Positions 60,083-64,000 of a stretch of 64,000 nucleotides of DNA are shown here, one piece after another (within the stretch, counting starts at the first letter, position 1; the number at the start of each line of letters is the position of its first letter). A model generated the notes under the pieces. It made no database searches and was not told the origin of the DNA. It saw nothing but the letters and a program-made list of their open reading frames with translations. Location of the stretch: assembly GCA_964434195.1 (NCBI GenBank), contig CAYSUI010000003.1, positions 26,181 to 90,180 of the forward strand, given 5' to 3'. The position numbers and the translations under genes were made by a program. The stretch is from an uncultured Candidatus Saccharibacteria bacterium. GTDB lineage: Bacteria; Patescibacteriota; Doudnabacteria; UBA920.

Positions 60083-60376
60083 AAATCCTCCTGTGCCGTT
60101 TTAAGCCCGGCAGGCTTTTATATAACTGTCCTGGCGTTCGCCAGAAAGCGGAGTTTCCTCCTCTTGAAAGAAAACTATTTTTCTGCCCAGAGGAGGAAGC
60201 TACCTTTCGGACCAATTTATATGAGCTTAAAAACTAATCCTTATTTGTTTTTATTTGAAAGATCAGTATACCTGAAATTAACATATTTGTCAATATATTA
60301 CTGATATTATTACTTATTATTATATATTCTCTCTAATTTATTTGGCTTATACGTATAGGTAACTGTCAGTTTTAAC

Positions 60377-60405
60377 TTGACAATTTTTTATTTTTGGCAT
60401 ATAAT
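60377..60405 (+). promoter_or_regulatory. Consensus sigma-70 promoter driving a near-leaderless TrmB-like gene
   Basis: TTGACA, then a 17-nt spacer, then TATAAT. The ATG is 7 nt downstream of the -10 box. Confidence 0.65.
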
Positions 60406-60411
60406 TTAGAT

Positions 60412-61173
60412 ATGTTTGAATCACTTTTAGGAAAAATCGGGCTCAGTGAAAAAGAAGCGCAGATTTATGAATTATTGGTTTCTGTTGGACCGAGCAATAT
60501 TAAAAGTATTCTTTTTCATACCAAGCTTAAACGTGGGAATGCGTATTACTTGCTGGATAATTTGAAAGCTTTGGAACTTGTTGAACAAACACTTGTGCGC
60601 GGTCGTACTGTTTTTTCTGCGCGGAACCCGGAGCAATTGGAACTATTGTTGGCAAAACAAAAAACCGAAGTTGCTAAGGCGGAAGAGGAACTTCGTGGAT
60701 CACTCCCCCACTTGCGCACTCTCTTTCAGACCGCTGCGCATAAACCTGGTGTTCGATTTTATGAAGGCATTGAAGGTATTAAAGCAATTCACCGGGAAAT
60801 GCTTTCGGAGCGAAAAGAAATTTTAGCGTATGTATTTTTAAAAAAAGAATGGGACAATGTTTTGGGTAACGATTTTTGGAAATGGTATTACCAGGAACGA
60901 ATTAAAAACAATATAAGTGTACGGGCAATTGCCGTAGACTCACCAGAAGGGAGAGACTACAAAGCGAAAGATGCAAAAGAGCAAAGAGAAACCCGTTTGG
61001 TAAATGCGAAGGAATACCCTATTTCTATTGAAAAAAATGTTGTAGGGAACAAAGTGGCGTTTTTGAGCTTAAAACCAGATGAACAAGTGGGTGTGTTAGT
61101 GGAGAACACTGCGATAGCAGAGACAGAGCGAGCAATTTTTGAACTTTGCTGGAAACAAATACGACCACAGTAA
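60412..61173 (+). CDS. TrmB-like HTH transcriptional regulator, paralog 2
   Basis: wHTH (SEKEAQIYELLVSVGPSN...) and a C-terminal domain aligning with paralog 1 (VRFYEGIEGIKAI vs VQFFEGLEGIRTV). Confidence 0.6.
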   Translation: MFESLLGKIGLSEKEAQIYELLVSVGPSNIKSILFHTKLKRGNAYYLLDNLKALELVEQTLVRGRTVFSARNPEQLELLLAKQKTEVAKAEEELRGSLPHLRTLFQTAAHKPGVRFYEGIEGIKAIHREMLSERKEILAYVFLKKEWDNVLGNDFWKWYYQERIKNNISVRAIAVDSPEGRDYKAKDAKEQRETRLVNAKEYPISIEKNVVGNKVAFLSLKPDEQVGVLVENTAIAETERAIFELCWKQIRPQ

Positions 61174-61187
61174 TGTGGTCGTATTTT

Positions 61188-63038
61188 TTATTGCTCCTTA
61201 CCTACTCTGCCGTAACGGTAACGCACCTCTTCTGGAGTTAAATGTTTGGGCACTTGCCCTTTGGTTCCCGGCTTTCTTGCACTCACCACCAGTTCTTTTA
61301 CTTCTAACTGTTCCATGCCGTCTACTCCTGGTGTTGTTACCAGATATGTGTCTATTTGCACATCTACAAAACCGGTTGCTCGAAGAAGATTAGCTATTTC
61401 GCGGCGACCGGGGAAAAATCTGGGAGTAGAGTCGGATGTTTCTACTGTATTTGCAACACCAGGCGCAGTGGATGTTTCGTCTCGAATAGTTCCGTATGGT
61501 TCTTGTGGGTGTTCGTTGTGGTATGCGGCGAGCGATTTTGCGTAGGTACCTACTGTACGGTCTGGAATTTCTATGGTTATGAGCCCACCCTCGCACAGAA
61601 GGAAGAATGCTTCGCGTAAAACTTTTCTTTGGTTATCTTGTGTACCGGCGTCGCAAAAAGTGTGCCAATCGAAGGAAACCATTTCGAAGGGATTATTAAA
61701 GAAGAATTCTTTACCAAACTTTGCATTACTCAAATCTTCTTTTGCACCGCTTCCAAATAGGTTATTTGCATTTACTAAACCATCGGATTGTTTTTGTCTT
61801 AAACCCTCAAAGGTGTCTTCCCTAAGGTCTAGCATGTTACCTTTTATAGGAATTAAATTTGCTTTTAGGATGGTGAGATCGGTGATGATTTGTTCTTTCT
61901 GTATTATTCTTTGATTTACTAGCTCAACTAAAGGTGAGGATGGGTCACCTTTTTCGTATTTGGCAATTTCTTCTTCTAAGCGACTGTAAACTTTTTTTAA
62001 TTGTTCCTCGGATAGATCTATACCAACAATTTTTTTTCCGAGAATTACCATAATAGAATCTATCCTGGCCTCACCGATGCCGACATCGAGGACTAGACGC
62101 GGGTGCCTGTCGCCTATTGTAAGTTCATCTGGTACCCATGCCCCTGAAAGTGCTTTTAATTTATGGCGAATTGCTTCGGTAGTGCTTGCAGTTTTACCTT
62201 CCCAAACTCTTAGGTCCGAATTATTGTAGAGGTTTGCCTGTTTGTCGCTTAGCGCTTTCCCTTCCATGAAATCGGGCTTGTTCTCCTCTGTATACTTAAG
62301 TTCTTTTGCTATGAGTAGGCAACTTGCTATTTCTTGGCTGGTGCTTGCGTGTAGGAAATAATCAAAATAATCTCGTTCATATGACGGTAGCCCACCTTCG
62401 ACATGCAGAATAATTATTGGCAGTGGTTTATTCTGTAGTTTGGCGGAAACTAACAGTTTATGTATTTCATCTGCAGCTTGTCGGTGGTTGCTAAAATCTT
62501 CCTGACTTGTATAGGAGAGAGTATAGGTTTTGTTTGGGTCAAGTTCGAAAGTACTAACGTCTAACTCTTTATTTGGTATGGACTCTATGCTTAAAGTTAC
62601 ATTCGCAACTTGACTCGCTTCGGGAGTGGAATATTTGTCTAGAAGTTTAATACCTTGCTCTTTGAACGACTCAGCACTATTTGAGAGTGAGAGAAAATTT
62701 ATGAGTGTTGATTCTAACTCTTTTAACTGCATTAAAAGTTGTTCTGGTGAAGTTAACTTAATATATGTGTCCCCTATTACAATTGTTACCGACTCTTTTC
62801 TTTCAACACTGGCGAGTGTTTGTGTTAAAGTCTCTGAATATTTTTTTAGTGCTTTAACAATTTGCTCGGTCCACAATTCTAGACCTTGTATGCGTGTTGC
62901 ATACATTTCTAATTTAGTAGTTACTTCACTGATAGCGACGTCGCAGTTTACAATAGACTCCTCTATATTACTGCGAAAAGTTGATTCGAGTTGTTCCCCT
63001 TCCGGGGACTGGTGCGTTTCTTGTTCGATTCTTTTCAT
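61188..63038 (-). CDS. Large protein with a C-terminal class I SAM-dependent methyltransferase domain
   Basis: Motif I VLDVGIGEARID (hhDhGxGxG-like) followed by the post-I acidic residue and motif IV-like FDWHTFCD. The N-terminal roughly 300 aa are an unknown coiled-coil-rich region. Confidence 0.55.
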   Translation of the reverse strand: MKRIEQETHQSPEGEQLESTFRSNIEESIVNCDVAISEVTTKLEMYATRIQGLELWTEQIVKALKKYSETLTQTLASVERKESVTIVIGDTYIKLTSPEQLLMQLKELESTLINFLSLSNSAESFKEQGIKLLDKYSTPEASQVANVTLSIESIPNKELDVSTFELDPNKTYTLSYTSQEDFSNHRQAADEIHKLLVSAKLQNKPLPIIILHVEGGLPSYERDYFDYFLHASTSQEIASCLLIAKELKYTEENKPDFMEGKALSDKQANLYNNSDLRVWEGKTASTTEAIRHKLKALSGAWVPDELTIGDRHPRLVLDVGIGEARIDSIMVILGKKIVGIDLSEEQLKKVYSRLEEEIAKYEKGDPSSPLVELVNQRIIQKEQIITDLTILKANLIPIKGNMLDLREDTFEGLRQKQSDGLVNANNLFGSGAKEDLSNAKFGKEFFFNNPFEMVSFDWHTFCDAGTQDNQRKVLREAFFLLCEGGLITIEIPDRTVGTYAKSLAAYHNEHPQEPYGTIRDETSTAPGVANTVETSDSTPRFFPGRREIANLLRATGFVDVQIDTYLVTTPGVDGMEQLEVKELVVSARKPGTKGQVPKHLTPEEVRYRYGRVGKEQ

Positions 63039-63120
63039 AGAGGAAGTATATGGGAGAGTGAAATTTTGGACAAAAAATAAAAAAAGAAGGGGATGTTTTG
63101 TGATCCCCTTTGAGTGTTTT

Positions 63121-63792
63121 TCAAGTGAGGTCTATTTCGACCTCCTCGAAGTCCTCTTGGTCATCGTAGAAAACGTGACCGTAAATTGTTAAGCCTTCGA
63201 TTTTGGTAATGTTGGCGTAAAGTCTATCGGGATGGTTTATCCAATCCCATGCACCGGATTCAACAGACCTTACTACTAGTAAATATTTTATAACAGATTC
63301 TCTGTCTTTTTCCGTAATACTAGTGGGGACGTCTATCCCCTCTCTTTGTTCGGTTTCACCCACGGCTTTTTTTATTGCTTTGAGAGGAATTTTCTTTAAC
63401 TTCTTTTCGAAGTTTTCCACCTCTCCTTCCTTAGCGGTTTTTTGGGCGAGGAGTTTTTTGTATTTTTTTGGATTCATTAGACTCAACCGACAGAAGTCGG
63501 AGCAAAACCTAATCTCCTCAGGACCGCCTATTAGCACATATCCTCCAGGGTCGTTTGTGCAATTTGGGTAGGCGGCGCAATAAACTTTGAGCCCGCATTC
63601 CAATTCTTTAAGATATTTAAGAATTTTTTGGTTGTGCTCCTGATGCTCTGGAGCACCCATGTCCCGATATCCGCAGGCGAGACAGAGGTTTGGATCTGTA
63701 CCCATGCGCTTAATAAAATCTGTTCTATACTTTGAATTTTCTGGCTGAGCAGCTACTGCTACCCAAAAAAGTTGCTGATGAGTTAATTCCAT
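63121..63792 (-). CDS. Uracil-DNA-glycosylase-superfamily-like protein (tentative)
   Basis: Cys cluster near the N-terminus (CLACGY...C...C), GYVLIGGPEE resembling the family 4 GEGPG block, and a C-terminal HPDRLYAN resembling the HPS/HPA motif B. Confidence 0.35.
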   Translation of the reverse strand: MELTHQQLFWVAVAAQPENSKYRTDFIKRMGTDPNLCLACGYRDMGAPEHQEHNQKILKYLKELECGLKVYCAAYPNCTNDPGGYVLIGGPEEIRFCSDFCRLSLMNPKKYKKLLAQKTAKEGEVENFEKKLKKIPLKAIKKAVGETEQREGIDVPTSITEKDRESVIKYLLVVRSVESGAWDWINHPDRLYANITKIEGLTIYGHVFYDDQEDFEEVEIDLT

Positions 63793-64000
63793 TTTTTTCT
63801 CCTTAAAATTTTTGGCCGAGCTTTTTTACTGGCCGGGTTTTTGGTTTTCCCTAGGGCGCGTGCCCTTGGGAGTATTGATTTTGGTTTAGCGGGTGGAAGG
63901 AAGGGGTTCCCTACAGTCGTTAAAACAAAATGGCTTGCTTGGAATTTCTATACATAGAGAACCCCTGGGCAAACCATTTACTTACTGAGTTCTCTCTAAA

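Noticed and set aside
1-64000. tRNA, rRNA or tmRNA genes and CRISPR arrays
   Set aside because: Scanning intergenic regions by eye for T-arm GGTTCGAATCC-like strings with acceptor complementarity found none. No direct-repeat/spacer periodicity of 28-37 bp is visible anywhere. The only tandem repeat is the 30-bp coding repeat at 42114.

Overview
This 64 kb window looks like a chromosome segment from a small-genome, Gram-positive-like bacterium (about 40-44% GC). A candidate-phyla-radiation or otherwise reduced lineage is only an inference. The core genes I can support are valS (3-prime end), a NUDIX hydrolase, a Ca/Mg-type P-type ATPase, rpoB-rpoC, ruvA, a FemAB-family transferase, a LOG/TIGR00725 protein, a Mur-ligase-family protein, a truncated TsaB-like protein, an ABC-2 exporter pair, a GH1 beta-glucosidase, uvrB, gpmI and rpsT. 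There is also a peptidoglycan cluster: a class A PBP, an SLT-like lytic transglycosylase, a second divergent GT51/transpeptidase protein and an M23 peptidase.

Coding density is high and almost every intergenic gap holds a clear rho-independent terminator. Several promoters are near-consensus TTGACA-17-TATAAT, and two of them drive essentially leaderless or very short-leader starts.

The accessory content is the interesting part:
(1) A 3.4 kb island at about 53.6-57.0 kb is strongly GC-elevated (about 55-58%). It holds two co-oriented genes of unknown function: a 696-aa protein with an N-terminal cold-shock domain and a 380-aa CxxC...CxxC zinc-ribbon protein. It sits next to a decayed patatin gene and a Fic/RhuM gene.
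(2) A convergent two-gene cassette is duplicated in tandem inside the peptidoglycan-remodelling locus. Each copy pairs a secreted Pro/Thr-linker protein with a Cys-containing lipoprotein.
(3) An 8-bp palindrome, ATTCCCGA-N4-TCGGGAAT, occurs exactly twice. One copy is in the 5-prime UTR of a TrmB-like regulator. The other is inside a GC-rich, highly structured, terminator-ended leader upstream of a PP2C-phosphatase fusion gene.
(4) A roughly 370-nt structured, terminator-ended noncoding region lies upstream of a GNAT-fusion gene.
(5) Two paralogous TrmB-like regulators flank a module that includes the GNAT fusion, a small four-Cys protein, a SAM-methyltransferase fusion and a UDG-superfamily-like protein.

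I found no tRNA, rRNA or CRISPR array. All functional calls come from motif recognition by eye, not from database searches.
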